A DNA stretch of 64,000 bases from Alphaproteobacteria bacterium (lineage in GTDB: Bacteria > Pseudomonadota > Alphaproteobacteria > MPNO01 > UBA830): positions 448,001 through 512,000 of the forward strand of contig OZ219791.1 in assembly GCA_964291215.2 (NCBI GenBank), read 5' to 3'. Numbering within the stretch: position 1 is the stretch's first letter; each line of letters starts with the position of its first letter. Under the pieces are notes generated by a model that was given only the letters and a program-made list of their open reading frames with translations, was not told where the DNA came from and ran no database searches. The translations under genes were made by a program, and so were the position numbers. Shown here piece by piece: positions 1 to 10,878 of the stretch.

Positions 1-232
1 ATTCACTGGCGGCGCCAACTTCGTGATCGTCGGGCCCAAGGGCATTCCCGCGGCGGCGCGCATGGGCTATGCCGCCGCCATCGCCGAGGTGCTCAACGAC
101 AAGTCGACCAAGGCAGCGCAGTTCGTGCAGCGCGCCTTCGGCGGGCCGAAGCTGATTTCGGGCGCGGCGCTGGACAAGCTGATCGCCGACGGCATCGCGG
201 ACGCGAAAAAGCTCATGGAAGCTGCAAGCTAG
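1..232 (+). CDS. 3' end of tripartite tricarboxylate transporter substrate-binding protein (TctC/Bug-like), partial at window edge
   Basis: ORF ends at 232 with a 'VGPKGIP' motif like the Bug C-terminal 'APKGTP'; lies directly upstream of tctB/tctA-like genes. Confidence 0.55.
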   Translation, partial: FTGGANFVIVGPKGIPAAARMGYAAAIAEVLNDKSTKAAQFVQRAFGGPKLISGAALDKLIADGIADAKKLMEAAS

Positions 233-292
233 CGCTCTCGGCGAACGGCAATCGCGCAGCGAAGACCGCGCCGGACCACAGGAGCAAACTCC

Positions 293-862
293 TTGCGCCG
301 CGATCCCTGGGGCCTCGGCCTTGCCGGAGCCTTCGCGGTTTTCGCTGCGGCGACGCTCGGCTTGTGGATTCCCGGAGACATTGAATCGGGCATCGTCGAG
401 ACCTTCCGGCGGCGCACGACCATCGGTGACGCGATGGCGCCGACCGTGGCGGCGGCCGGCATGCTGGCCGCCGCGCTCGCGCTCGGCTGCGCCGCAGCCC
501 TCCACCCGCCGCGAGCCACGAAACCGCTTGACCGCAACAGCCTCCTGTTCGTCGCCCGCATCACCGCCGTGATCGGGGCAGGCCTCGTCCTGATGGTCCA
601 TGCCGGGCCGCTGGCGGTCGAAGCCGTCAATGCGCTCGGCGGCAGGATCGGCAGCTATCGCGAATTGCGCGACACGTTTCCTTACAAGTTCTTCGGCTAC
701 GTCCTTGGCGGGTCCGTCATGGTCGCCGGCATGATTGCCGTGATCGAGCAGCGCCTGTCGGTGGCGCCGCTTGTTGCGGCGGCGCTAGCCACGCTTGCGC
801 TCGCTGTCCTGTATGACGTTCCCTTCGACGACCTGCTACTGCCGCCCAACGGAGACCAGTGA
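293..862 (+). CDS. TctB-like small membrane subunit of a TTT transporter
   Basis: 189 aa with about 5 hydrophobic segments and a C-terminal 'F..LLLP'; stop overlaps the tctA start. Confidence 0.6.
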   Translation: MRRDPWGLGLAGAFAVFAAATLGLWIPGDIESGIVETFRRRTTIGDAMAPTVAAAGMLAAALALGCAAALHPPRATKPLDRNSLLFVARITAVIGAGLVLMVHAGPLAVEAVNALGGRIGSYRELRDTFPYKFFGYVLGGSVMVAGMIAVIEQRLSVAPLVAAALATLALAVLYDVPFDDLLLPPNGDQ

Positions 863-2448
863 TGGACATCCTCGACCATGTCTGTCTGGGCATCGCTGCC
901 GTGTTCACGGCGTCGCCGGTCGCGGCCCCATTCGGGATCCCGATCTCGACTACAGTCGTCATGGTCGCGTCCGGCTTTCTCGGCGGAATCGTCGTCGGTG
1001 CTACGCCCGGCCTCGGCGGGCCGTTCGCGATGGCGATTTCGCTGCCAATCCTGATCACCGTCTTCGGTTTCAATCCGGAGGCGCTGCTGCCGGTGCTCGG
1101 CTTCATGATCGGGATCATGAAAGGGGCGACGATCGGCGGCGCCGTGCCGGCAATCCTGTTCAACACGCCGGGTACGCCGGACTCTCTGCTGACAACGCTC
1201 GACGGCTATCCCATGACCCGGAAGGGGCAGTCGGGCAAGGCCTTGCGGGTGGCGCATTTCTCCTCGGCTTCCGGCGACACCTTCTCGGACATCGTCCTGT
1301 TCACCTGCGCGCCGTTCCTTGCCATCACGGTCGAGCGCTTTCTCGGCTTTCCGGAAAAGGCCGCCCTGATCCTCCTTTCGCTCGCGTTCATCTCGGCGGT
1401 TGTCGGCAATTCGGTGTGGAAGGGGCTGCTTGCCGCCTTCCTCGGCATGTTCGTCGCCTTCATCGGCACCGGCGAGGATTCCCATCCGCGTCTGTCTCTC
1501 GGCATCGACGCCTTCGCGGGCGGCCTGCCGCTCATCAGCGTCGTGCTCGGGGCACTGATTCTCGGCGAGGTGTTCGAAGCGCTCGAAAAAATGTGGCGCG
1601 AGATGCGCGCGACCGCCGTGATCAGGTCTCCGCGGCCGTCCGGTGACAACGGTCTGCGCCTCGCCGACATCAGGCGCATCTTCCCATTCATCGGACTCTC
1701 CGCAGTGATCGGCACCGTCATCGGGGCGCTGCCCGGTATCGGCTCGACGCTTGCGGCCACACTCGGCTATGCCACCGGACGCAGGTTCCACAAAGGCCGC
1801 GAGAGCTTCGGCAGCGGTGTGCCGGAAGGGGTGGCGGCGACGGAGGCGGCGAACAGCGCGGTATCGGGGGCCAATCTCATTCCGGTGCTCTCGCTCGGCA
1901 TCCCGGGCAACATCGCTGCCGTCTTCATACTTCTGGCGACCGAAACCATCAGCGGCTTCAATCCCGGCCCCTCGGTGTTCCGCCTGATACCGGACCAGGT
2001 CAATTCGGAGATGGTGATCGCCTTCGGTCTGTTCACGACCATGGTTTTCGCCAACCTCCTCAACTGGACCGTCGGCGGCGTGTTCATGCGCTCGATGGGG
2101 ATCATGATGCGCATACCCAAGCAGCGCCTTCTCCCGATCGTGCTTCTTCTCACGCTGACCGCAATCTATTCCCAGCGGCCGGAAATGGCAGCGATCTACA
2201 TCACCCTCGCCTTCGGCGTGCTGGGCTATCTCATGCGCAAGTTCGAGATCTCGGTCCTGCCGTTCGTGATTTCCTTCATCCTCGCCAACAACCTCGAGGA
2301 GGCGATGCGCCAGGCCTTCTCGGCAACTGGCGCCGATCCCTGGTTCCTGTTCTCGAGCCCCATCTCGACGGGCTTCATCGTTCTCGCGGTGTTCGTGACC
2401 CTGTTCTATGCCCGCCGCCCGCGTCCCGCCAATCATGGAGAAGAGTGA
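862..2448 (+). CDS. tctA: Tripartite tricarboxylate transporter permease TctA
   Basis: Motifs 'GATPGLGG', 'AILFNTPGTP', 'DGYPM', 'GALPGIG', 'EAANSA', 'LGIPG'. Confidence 0.9.
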   Translation: MDILDHVCLGIAAVFTASPVAAPFGIPISTTVVMVASGFLGGIVVGATPGLGGPFAMAISLPILITVFGFNPEALLPVLGFMIGIMKGATIGGAVPAILFNTPGTPDSLLTTLDGYPMTRKGQSGKALRVAHFSSASGDTFSDIVLFTCAPFLAITVERFLGFPEKAALILLSLAFISAVVGNSVWKGLLAAFLGMFVAFIGTGEDSHPRLSLGIDAFAGGLPLISVVLGALILGEVFEALEKMWREMRATAVIRSPRPSGDNGLRLADIRRIFPFIGLSAVIGTVIGALPGIGSTLAATLGYATGRRFHKGRESFGSGVPEGVAATEAANSAVSGANLIPVLSLGIPGNIAAVFILLATETISGFNPGPSVFRLIPDQVNSEMVIAFGLFTTMVFANLLNWTVGGVFMRSMGIMMRIPKQRLLPIVLLLTLTAIYSQRPEMAAIYITLAFGVLGYLMRKFEISVLPFVISFILANNLEEAMRQAFSATGADPWFLFSSPISTGFIVLAVFVTLFYARRPRPANHGEE

Positions 2449-3905
2449 TGGTACAGCCCCGCAACCTGCTCTTGATCATGTCCGACGAGCACAATCCGAA
2501 GATGCTCGGCTGCTACGGCCACCGGCAGGTGCGGACCCCCAATCTCGACCGCCTGGCCGAACGGGGCACAAGGTTCAGCGCCGCTTACACCAATTCGCCG
2601 ATCTGCATTCCTGCGCGCGCCGCCTTCGCCACCGGGCACTACGTCCACCACACCCGCTACTGGGACAATGCCATGCCTTATGACGGCGCCGTCAGGGGGT
2701 GGGGGCACCGGCTGCAGGACGAAGGCGTGCGGGTCGAGTCCATCGGAAAGCTGCATTTCCGCGGCGACGGCGGCAACGCCGGTTTCGCGCGCGAGATCGA
2801 GCCGATGCATGTGATGGACGGCATCGGCCAAGTCTGGGGCTCGGTGCGGGATCCCCTGCCGCCGGAACGGCGCGCCCGCATGCTCGGCAAGATCGGCCCC
2901 GGGCTCTCGAGCTACAACAGCTATGACCGCCGGATCGCCGACGAGGCGAAGGGCTGGCTCGCCGGCGCAGCGAGTCGTGGCGGCGACCGGCCCTGGGTCC
3001 TCTACCTCGGCTTTGTCGCGCCGCATTTCCCGCTTGTGGTGCCAGAGGAATTCTACGGCCTCTACCCGCTCGACGACCTTCCGGAGCCAAAGCTCCATCC
3101 GGATGCGGGACATGCGCGCCATCCCTGGATCCAGCGCATGGACGATTTCCAGCAGGTCGACCGGCACCTTTCCGAGGAGGAGCGCCGGATGGCGACCGCC
3201 GCGTATTTCGGGCTCTGCACCTATGCCGATGCGCTGATCGGAGAGGTTCTGGAGGCGCTCGACGCCTGCGGGCTCCGCGATACGACCCGTGTGATCTACA
3301 CCAGCGACCACGGCGACAATGTCGGCGCCCGCGGCCTGTGGGGGAAATCCAACATGTACGAAGAGGCCGCCGGCATTCCGCTGATCATCAGCGGCGATGA
3401 CATTGCCCGGAACGCGGTGTGCGAAACGCCGGTATCCCTCGTCGATGTCCGTCAGACCGTGCTGGACGCCGTCGGGATAGCGCCTGACGGGACGGAGGCG
3501 GAACTGCCCGGCCGCTCGTGGTTCGATATCGCGGGCTCCGCCCGTGATCCCGCCCGCGTCGTCTTCAGCGAATACCATGCCGCCGCATCACCGAGCGGCG
3601 CATTCATGGTCAGGCGCGGCACGGACAAGCTCATTCATTATGTCGGCTATGCGCCGGAATTCTTCGACCTAGCGCGCGACCCCGAAGAGACCGTCAATCG
3701 CGCAGACGACGAGGCCTGCCGCGACGCCGTCTCCGAACTCTACGGCGCGCTCCGGGGTATCTGCGATCCCGAGGTGGTCGACCAGGCCGCCAAGGACGAC
3801 CAGAACGCCCTGGTTGCCCGCTTCGGCGGGCCGGAAAAGGCCTTTGGGACGGGAACCCCGGGCGCCACTCCGGCGCCGTCAGCGTCACCGGCTCAGTCGC
3901 GGTAG
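2448..3905 (+). CDS. Sulfatase-family hydrolase (choline-sulfatase-like, Cys-type FGly motif)
   Basis: 'IMSDEH', 'TPNLDRLA', CxPxR motif 'CIPARAAFATG', 'GKLH', 'SDHGD'. Confidence 0.9.
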   Translation: MVQPRNLLLIMSDEHNPKMLGCYGHRQVRTPNLDRLAERGTRFSAAYTNSPICIPARAAFATGHYVHHTRYWDNAMPYDGAVRGWGHRLQDEGVRVESIGKLHFRGDGGNAGFAREIEPMHVMDGIGQVWGSVRDPLPPERRARMLGKIGPGLSSYNSYDRRIADEAKGWLAGAASRGGDRPWVLYLGFVAPHFPLVVPEEFYGLYPLDDLPEPKLHPDAGHARHPWIQRMDDFQQVDRHLSEEERRMATAAYFGLCTYADALIGEVLEALDACGLRDTTRVIYTSDHGDNVGARGLWGKSNMYEEAAGIPLIISGDDIARNAVCETPVSLVDVRQTVLDAVGIAPDGTEAELPGRSWFDIAGSARDPARVVFSEYHAAASPSGAFMVRRGTDKLIHYVGYAPEFFDLARDPEETVNRADDEACRDAVSELYGALRGICDPEVVDQAAKDDQNALVARFGGPEKAFGTGTPGATPAPSASPAQSR

Positions 3906-4687
3906 ATTGGGTCCAGGCGGTCGGCGAGACGCCGGTACATCCGCCATTCGAGTGCGCCGCCGGGCTCGTCAGGCTTTCTGCGGGCGGCGACCTGGTCCTG
4001 GACATGGCGCCAGATCTTCTCGGGCAGGATGTCGGGCTCGCGCCCCGTCGCCATGAGCCGGAGCTGGGCGTCGCAGGCATCGACCAGCGTATGCATGCCG
4101 ACAAAGGCCTCGCCGATGGTGCGCCCGACCGTCAGCAGGCCGTGATTCTTCATGATCATGAGGCGGTTGCCGCCGAGATCATCGACGATTCTCGGGCCTT
4201 CGTCGGCTTCCTGCGCCAGCCCCTCGTACGCATGGTACGAGATCTTTCCCTGCAGCATCGCCGAACGCTGGTCTATCGGCAGGAGCGGCTCGCGCATGGC
4301 CGAGGCGACGACGCCCGCAACCGGATGGATATGCAGCACGCAGTTGATGTCGGGGCGCAGGCGGAAGATCGCGCTGTGGAAATTGCGCCCCGCCGGCGCC
4401 AGCGCCAGCGGACTCTCGGAGAAGTCGTTGCCCTCGAAGTCCGCCTTGATCAGGCTGGTGGCCGTCATCTCGTGCCAGCCGGCGCCCTGCGGATTCATGA
4501 GCATCCGGTCCGGTGCATCCGGCAGCCGCGCCGAAATGTGGTTGTAGATGGTGTTGTTCCAGCCGAAATGCGAGGCCACCCGGAACGCCGCGGCGAGGTC
4601 GACGCGTGTGTTCCATTCGGCTTCGCTCACACTTTCCCTGGGGAACGGTATCGAGATCCCGTCCGCCGCCGGTGAACGCATGTCCAT
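3893..4687 (-). CDS. Class II aldolase/adducin family protein
   Basis: 'RVDLAAAFR', 'YNHISAR', 'HSAI..RPDINCVLHIH', 'NHGLLTVG'. Confidence 0.88.
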   Translation of the reverse strand: MDMRSPAADGISIPFPRESVSEAEWNTRVDLAAAFRVASHFGWNNTIYNHISARLPDAPDRMLMNPQGAGWHEMTATSLIKADFEGNDFSESPLALAPAGRNFHSAIFRLRPDINCVLHIHPVAGVVASAMREPLLPIDQRSAMLQGKISYHAYEGLAQEADEGPRIVDDLGGNRLMIMKNHGLLTVGRTIGEAFVGMHTLVDACDAQLRLMATGREPDILPEKIWRHVQDQVAARRKPDEPGGALEWRMYRRLADRLDPIYRD

Positions 4688-4852
4688 GTCCTGATCCCCG
4701 ATCGCATGTCTGCCCGGCCGCCGGGGCGGCCAGCCTGTCGGAGGCAGTATAGCACGGACGCTGCGTCCGGACGGTTGCATCGGATTCCGAAAGGGATACC
4801 ATTGGATGAGACAGGCGGCACGCCTGTCGCGCCGCAGTCAGGGAGCACTGCG

Positions 4853-5710
4853 ATGATCGAACTTGTCGACCTGAGCTATGTGCACATGGGCACGCCGGAT
4901 CCGGAAGAGTCGGCGCGCTGGGCGCGGGACATCTACGGTCTCGAGGAGGTTGGCCACGAGAACGGTCGGGTCTATCTCCGCGGCGACGACCGCGATCACA
5001 ATGTCTGCTATTTTCGCGGAGAACCCGGGGACCAAACCGTCGGCATCGCCGTTGCCGACGACGCTGCCCTCGAAGCCGCCGCAAGCCATCTCGAGGCCGG
5101 CGGCGTCTCCGTCGCCTGGGGCGATGCGGAGGGCGCCGCCATGCGCCGGTGCATGCGCTACCTGACCTTCCGGGATCCCACCGGCAACAGCTTTGACCTG
5201 GTGGTCCGCCCGTTCCATTCGGGGCGCCGGTTCTTTCCCAGCCGCGACGCCGGCATCTACTGGTTCAACCATATCGGCCTCAAGACGACCGACGCCCCCC
5301 GCGACGAGAAGTTCTGGTGCGGGCTGTTCAACTTCCGGACCAACGACTGGATCGGCGACGCGCCGCTGATGTCCTTCGACAAGGTTCATCACCGCTTTGC
5401 GCTGTTCCCCACGGACCATGCCGGCGTGCAGCACATCAATTTCCAGGTCCGCGAGACCGATGACATCATGCGCTCCAGCTATTTCCTCCAGAATCGCCAG
5501 GTGCGGATCGTTTTCGGTCCGGGCCGCCATGCGACATCGGGGGCGAGGTTCCTGTATTTCGAGGGGCCCGACGGGATGGTTTTCGAATATTCCTGCGGCG
5601 TGCGGATGATAGAGCCGGAGGACAATTGGCGGCCGCGGCAGTTTCCCTTCACCAACGAGTCGTTCTGCGTCTGGGGGTCAAGGCCCGACGTGCCCGAATT
5701 CCGGGAATAA
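4853..5710 (+). CDS. Two-domain VOC family protein, extradiol dioxygenase-like
   Basis: 'LSYVHMG', 'YLRGDDRDH', metal ligands H (FNHIG), H (QHINF), E (FEYS), 'GPGRH..SG..FLYF.GPDG'; GGAG RBS before ATG 4853. Confidence 0.8.
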   Translation: MIELVDLSYVHMGTPDPEESARWARDIYGLEEVGHENGRVYLRGDDRDHNVCYFRGEPGDQTVGIAVADDAALEAAASHLEAGGVSVAWGDAEGAAMRRCMRYLTFRDPTGNSFDLVVRPFHSGRRFFPSRDAGIYWFNHIGLKTTDAPRDEKFWCGLFNFRTNDWIGDAPLMSFDKVHHRFALFPTDHAGVQHINFQVRETDDIMRSSYFLQNRQVRIVFGPGRHATSGARFLYFEGPDGMVFEYSCGVRMIEPEDNWRPRQFPFTNESFCVWGSRPDVPEFRE

Positions 5711-6414
5711 TGCCGGCGCTCGAATTCGGAACGCTCGGCGAATCGCTCGCGCGAACCCAGGTCCGTGTGCGTATGGCGGCCCGCGCGCTCGGCCGCAATG
5801 ATCTCGGCCACGCCTACGGCCATGTCAGCGCGAGGCTCGATTCGCAGTCGTTCCTCGTCTGTGCGCCACGGCCGATGGGGCTGATCACTCCGGATGACGA
5901 CGGGACGGTAGTGCCGATAGACGGTCCGCTGCCCGACGGGGTCCTCGGCGAGGTGCGGTGCCATCAGCAGATCTACAGGCGCAGGGAGGATGTGAACGGC
6001 ATCGTCCGCACGTTCCTTCGCGACGTCATGACCCTGTCCACGTTCCGCCGCACTCCGCAGCCGCGCATCGGCTTCGCCGCCTATTTCGCGCCGTCACCGC
6101 CGCTCTGGGACGACCCGATGCTGTTACGCGACGACGCGGCCGCAGCGGCGCTCGCCGAGACGCTCGGCAAAGCGCGGGCCCTGGTGATGCGTGGCAACGG
6201 CTGCATCCTGACCGGCGCCACGGTAGAGGAGGCTGCAGTAATGGCCTTCTATCTCGAAGAGGCTGCAGGCACCGAGCTTGCGGTCATGGCGACCGGCCGG
6301 GACGAGGCGTCCGAGGTCTTCAGCGAGAGACAAGCGCAGGCGCGGGCAGTCTCGTCGGGGCGCATCTTCGAGCGCATGTGGGAATACCTGACGGCGGGGG
6401 ATCCCGAGGCCTGA
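5710..6414 (+). CDS. Class II aldolase/adducin family protein
   Basis: 'HAYGHVSAR', 'HQQIYRRREDVNG', 'VMRGNG'; TAATG coupling to the upstream gene. Confidence 0.8.
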   Translation: MPALEFGTLGESLARTQVRVRMAARALGRNDLGHAYGHVSARLDSQSFLVCAPRPMGLITPDDDGTVVPIDGPLPDGVLGEVRCHQQIYRRREDVNGIVRTFLRDVMTLSTFRRTPQPRIGFAAYFAPSPPLWDDPMLLRDDAAAAALAETLGKARALVMRGNGCILTGATVEEAAVMAFYLEEAAGTELAVMATGRDEASEVFSERQAQARAVSSGRIFERMWEYLTAGDPEA

Positions 6415-6518
6415 GCGGTATCCGCGAAGCTGTTGGAGAAGCAGGCGCAGGGGACCTGTCGCGGGAGCGCCGCGACATCGGAACCAACCTGTCCGGGAAG
6501 ACGGCTGCCCGGGCAGCC

Positions 6519-7325
6519 CTACGATGGCCCTTTCCGCAGCCTTTCGGCGACCGCAAGGGCTTTGGGGTCGTCCATTTCTTCGAGGAAATCCGCGACAAGA
6601 CCCGCAAGGGCGGGGTGGGCCGCCGCGCATCGCCCGAGATGCACGATCACGTCGTCGTCCCAGATCGCGACCAGCGCCGCGATCAGCGTATCGGACGGCT
6701 GAGCCGCCAGTTCGTTCAGCAAGATCGTCTTGGCCTCCGGAAAACCGCCAAGGCCGAGCGTGATCGCGGCTTCCCGCCGGACTGCGGCCGAGAGGTCTCG
6801 AAGTCCTTGCCGTAGGAGGTTTGGCGATAGCCTGACCGGATGGGACAGGCGGAAAGCGGCGACGCGGACATCGGGGTCGGGATGTTCGAGGAGCGGTTGC
6901 ACGAGGCCGGCTGGCACGGTGAGTCGCGCTTCCGCCGCCGCCTGGAGTGCGACATCGTAAAGCGAGGTTGGAAGCCGGTTCGACGAGACGATGCGCTTCA
7001 AGGCCGCCCGGGCGTCATCGTGATCGAGGCCGGCCAGCGTCCGCAACACGCAGATCTGTTCGGGAAGCGGCTTGCTAACTCCGAATCCCAAGAAACGCCG
7101 CCACAGGCCTTCTAGCAGTGGAACCGCCGCAACTGCAAGCGACCGGGACAGGATTTCGGAACACACGCGTTCGATATCCCTCGGGTCGGCCTCTTGCAGC
7201 CTTCCAAGAAGTTCCCCGTCGGAGAGTTCGGCAATATCCGGAAGCTTGCGGGGACGGTGCGAACCGGATCGCGGCCGCGTCTCGCCACGATGGTAGTCGC
7301 CGAACAGATCCGGCTGGAAGGACAT
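6519..7325 (-). CDS. HEAT/PBS-repeat domain protein
   Basis: Helical repeats 'LLEHPDPDVRVAA' and 'LRDLSAAVRREAAITLG'. Confidence 0.6.
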   Translation of the reverse strand: MSFQPDLFGDYHRGETRPRSGSHRPRKLPDIAELSDGELLGRLQEADPRDIERVCSEILSRSLAVAAVPLLEGLWRRFLGFGVSKPLPEQICVLRTLAGLDHDDARAALKRIVSSNRLPTSLYDVALQAAAEARLTVPAGLVQPLLEHPDPDVRVAAFRLSHPVRLSPNLLRQGLRDLSAAVRREAAITLGLGGFPEAKTILLNELAAQPSDTLIAALVAIWDDDVIVHLGRCAAAHPALAGLVADFLEEMDDPKALAVAERLRKGPS

Positions 7326-7771
7326 CGTTGATTGTCCCGCTGCTGGTGCCGCTGATGTGGCGAATTCTCCACGCCCCAACATGTGCGAGTTATGCAAGGC
7401 TGATAATGGGAGGTCAAGTCCGAAGCAGGACCATTCTGTTGTCGCGATCGGCGGCGGACAACCGTGTCAGAGTGGCCGTTCTTGAAGTTGGTGGCACCGT
7501 CTCAAGGTCGGAACCGGCATATCGACAACGAAATCCGCTCCCGAATGGACCTCCAGATCTGCCTACAACGCCCCTCGTCGGACGAAACCGGACAAAAGAA
7601 GAGCCCTGAAGTCCGAAGCAGGCCGCCGCATCGTTCGACGGAACGCGGTTCAGCTGGACCGCTTGCGTGCTTCATCGAGTCGGGGAGAAAGCGGGGCTTC
7701 CGGGCATGACTTTTCCGTCATCTGACGGGCAAGAGGACAATTGTCCCGCACGTTCAAGAATTGCTCCTCCC

Positions 7772-7995
7772 TAGTCACATGACACTGAAGTAAGATTCAT
7801 TGTAAGGTTGTGTCCCAAGTCGGACAATGGAGGTTATCTCGATGGGGCGCGGTACAGGACGGCCGCTGGCGGCCTTGACCACTCAAGATCAGCACCGCCA
7901 AGGGCCGTCCCATACCGCATGGCATCGCCATGACCTCCGTGTTCACACTCCAGCCGCCATGATACAATCATGCTTACTTCAGTTCCAGATGACTA
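7772..7995 (+). mobile_element. Internally deleted IS630-family element (about 220 bp)
   Basis: Imperfect TIR tagtcacatgacactgaagtaa / ttacttcagttccagatgacta in CTAG context (TA duplication); keeps only a transposase-like start (MGRGTGRPLAAL) and end. Confidence 0.65.
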
Positions 7996-8340
7996 GCGTA
8001 TGTGCTCCGCCCCTTCCAGCAGATCGAATTTCGGTATTCGGAGAACCATTCCGTACGGTGCGCTTGCTGATCTGCGGATCAGGGAAGTGCCGGGGGGAGT
8101 CCATGGCGATGGCGCTGCAGTATTTGTTTGACCTGATCGACAGACGCCATCGTCACCCATCGATGCCGAAATTTTCGAGCTTGCCGTCGGCCGCATTCCG
8201 ACCGTTCGGGCAATCCTCGGCTTGCATTGCTTTGACTGCTGGCATGGAGGCTGCACCTCCGCAACCGCGGTGCCTTGGGTGGGTGGCGTGATTGCGGACA
8301 GTATAAGGCCTGTCAACCGGCCGCAGCAGAACCGTTTGAC

Positions 8341-8533
8341 CACGACAATCCCATGCTGTTTCGGAGACGCGAAATCCGAATGCGTTGGAGCTCGCGTCAT
8401 CACAGATCGCCTCCTTGATCGCAAGTTTCGTGCCAAGAAGGCCCCATCGAGCCTTGGCGGCACGATTGCAGCGCGACGCAAACTGAGAAAATCTCGCCAG
8501 TCGTCGCCGGATTAGCAGCGTGAGATCATCGTG
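8341..8533. mobile_element. MITE family A, copy 1 (about 192 bp)
   Basis: Near-identical to 32548-32735 and 47787-47978; imperfect TIR cacgacaatcccatgctg / cagcgtgagatcatcgtg. Confidence 0.8.
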
Positions 8534-8615
8534 GCCCCGGGATCGGCCTGCGTTGCGGTGGAATGGCCGGAGGCTTATGGTGTCGTGGGGTCCAAAAGCC
8601 AGCCAAGGAGCAACC

Positions 8616-10208
8616 ATGACCGATCGTCCGAATTTCCTGTTCATCATCACCGACCAGCAACGCGTCGATTTCCTCGGTTGCGCTGGGCATCCGGTCCTCA
8701 AGACGCCCCACATCGATTCCATCGCGGCCCGTGGCACCACGTTCAACCGGTTCTATGTCGCGACGCCGGTATGCCAGCCCAACCGGTCCACCTTGCTCAC
8801 CGGCCGGATGCCCTCCCTTCATGGCGTGCGCTCGAACGGCACGCCTCTGGACATGCGCGCCAGCACCTTTGTCGATGGCTTGCGTGTCGCCGGCTACGCA
8901 ACAGCACTGGTGGGCAAGAGCCATATCCAGAACATGACGGCGTATCCGCCGATGCGACAACGGCCGGAGCTGGAAGACGGTTATTTCTCGCTGCGCGACG
9001 TGATGCCCGAGGCCTTCAGGGCGGACCCCGAAGGCGATTACGGCCAGGAGCACCCCGACAGATGGAAATCCGGGGAACCCTACGATCTCGTGTTGCCGTT
9101 CTACGGATTCGAGCATGTGGATCTCTGCACCGAGCATTCGGATCACGTCGGCGGCCATTACTATGCCTGGTTCAGACAGCAGAGGGAGGATGCGGATGCG
9201 CTGCGCGATCGCGCCACCCAGATCGCGCACGACTATGTCTGTCCGCAAGCCTACCGCACCGCGATTCCGGAAGAGTTCTATCCGACCAGCTATGTCGGGC
9301 TGAAGACCACCGAATACATCGACCGCCATGCCAGAGACGGTGGCGGCAAGCCGTTCTTCCTCATGGCGTCGTTTCCCGATCCACACCATCCCTTCACGCC
9401 GCCCGGAAAGTACTGGGACATGTACAGTCCCGAGGACATGGATCTGCCGCCGGTCTACGGCAATCGGGAACCGCCGCCGCATGTCAAGTGGGCGCGGGCG
9501 GCCCGCGCCGCCGGGGAAGTGGCCACGAACTCCCAGAATGCCTTTGCTGTTGATGAGCGCGAGGTGCGTGAAGCCAGGGCGCTGACTTGCGGCATGATCG
9601 CGATGATCGACGACGCCGTCGGCGAGATTCTGGCCTGTCTCGAAGCTAACGGCCTTGCCGACAACACGGTCGTGGTCTTCACTTCGGATCACGGCGACTT
9701 TCTTGGTGACCACGGCCTGTTGCTCAAGGGTCCGGCTCATTTCGAGGGGATAACCCATGTTCCGTTCATCTGGGCCGAACCCGGTGCGCCGGCCGGGACA
9801 GCCGACACGATGGCGGGAACGATAGATATCGCGCAGACGATCCTGGATCGCGCCCGCATCGAAGCCTACAACGGCATTCAGGGCCGCAGTCTGATGAATG
9901 CCGTTCACGGTAAGGACGATCCGGGGGCCGTGGACTCGATTGTCATCGAGGACGACCAACAGCGACATTACATGGGCTATTTGGCTCCGCCCCGGATTCG
10001 TTCGATCATCACCGATACTCATCGGCTGACGATTACCCGGGGCGAGGACTGGGGAGAGCTCTACGATCTGAAAAATGATCCGGACGAGATGGAAAACCTC
10101 TTCGACGATCCGGCGCACGCCGGGGCAAGGGCAGAGCTTTTCGAGCGCCTCGCCTATCGGCAGGTAGAGCTCGTCGATACCAGCCCGATGCCGACGCTGC
10201 GCGCCTGA
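8616..10208 (+). CDS. Sulfatase-family hydrolase
   Basis: 'RPNFLFIITDQQR', 'CQPNRSTLLTG', 'GKSH', 'PDPHHP', 'SDHGD'; AAGGAG RBS. Confidence 0.9.
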   Translation: MTDRPNFLFIITDQQRVDFLGCAGHPVLKTPHIDSIAARGTTFNRFYVATPVCQPNRSTLLTGRMPSLHGVRSNGTPLDMRASTFVDGLRVAGYATALVGKSHIQNMTAYPPMRQRPELEDGYFSLRDVMPEAFRADPEGDYGQEHPDRWKSGEPYDLVLPFYGFEHVDLCTEHSDHVGGHYYAWFRQQREDADALRDRATQIAHDYVCPQAYRTAIPEEFYPTSYVGLKTTEYIDRHARDGGGKPFFLMASFPDPHHPFTPPGKYWDMYSPEDMDLPPVYGNREPPPHVKWARAARAAGEVATNSQNAFAVDEREVREARALTCGMIAMIDDAVGEILACLEANGLADNTVVVFTSDHGDFLGDHGLLLKGPAHFEGITHVPFIWAEPGAPAGTADTMAGTIDIAQTILDRARIEAYNGIQGRSLMNAVHGKDDPGAVDSIVIEDDQQRHYMGYLAPPRIRSIITDTHRLTITRGEDWGELYDLKNDPDEMENLFDDPAHAGARAELFERLAYRQVELVDTSPMPTLRA

Positions 10209-10878
10209 CCGACCGGATCGCGGGGCATGTCCCCGGGAGGTCGTCGATTCCCGAGAGTTCGCTCGGGACCTGGACAGACCACTGTCCCACGCACTGGACG
10301 TCCTGATCGGGGGCGCCCGCAACCATGTTGTCGACCGGGCCATCGTCCCTCCCGGGCATATCCACTTCATACCAGTCGCCGGGCTGCCCGACGGGGGATT
10401 GACTGACCGGCCATTTCCCGGCCGGCCGCCGCACCCTTCCGGGAATCCAGCTTGATGGTGAAACTGTCTCCGTGCTCGCGTGCAAAGAGAATCGCCCGAT
10501 GGGAGCAGATCATCTGCGAGCAACGTGCCTGTCTTTCGAGGCAAGGGAATTATTGGGATGAAAACCGGAATATTGCTTGCGGCGACATCAAGGGTTCTTC
10601 GCGCCGGCCTTCTGGTGCTGGCCAGCGCCTTGCCGGGCGCGAACTTCTCGGCGCAGGCGCAGCAAACCTGTCCCGTCCCGGCCGACCTGACTTCTCGCGA
10701 TCCGGAAGTGACGGCACAAGACGTGGAAAACGACAACACCCACCTTGAGGCCTTCGCGCTCGAGTTAAGGGCCCAATTGAAGAGACAGTCCCAGGAGATA
10801 ACGTCCCTGGGGCGCGTGTCCTGCTATGGGTATCTCGTCCGACAGGAGAGCGGGCCCTGGCGCTCCGGTTCCACCTAC

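Noticed and set aside
697-2436. Long antisense or alternative-frame ORFs (for example 697-2436, 8526-10739, 12742-14727, 53929-55872)
   Set aside because: These are shadow ORFs of real genes in high-GC DNA, with no family motifs.
7416-7625. Short direct repeat aagtccgaagcagg near 7416 and 7609
   Set aside because: Only two copies of 14 bp, with no supporting structure.
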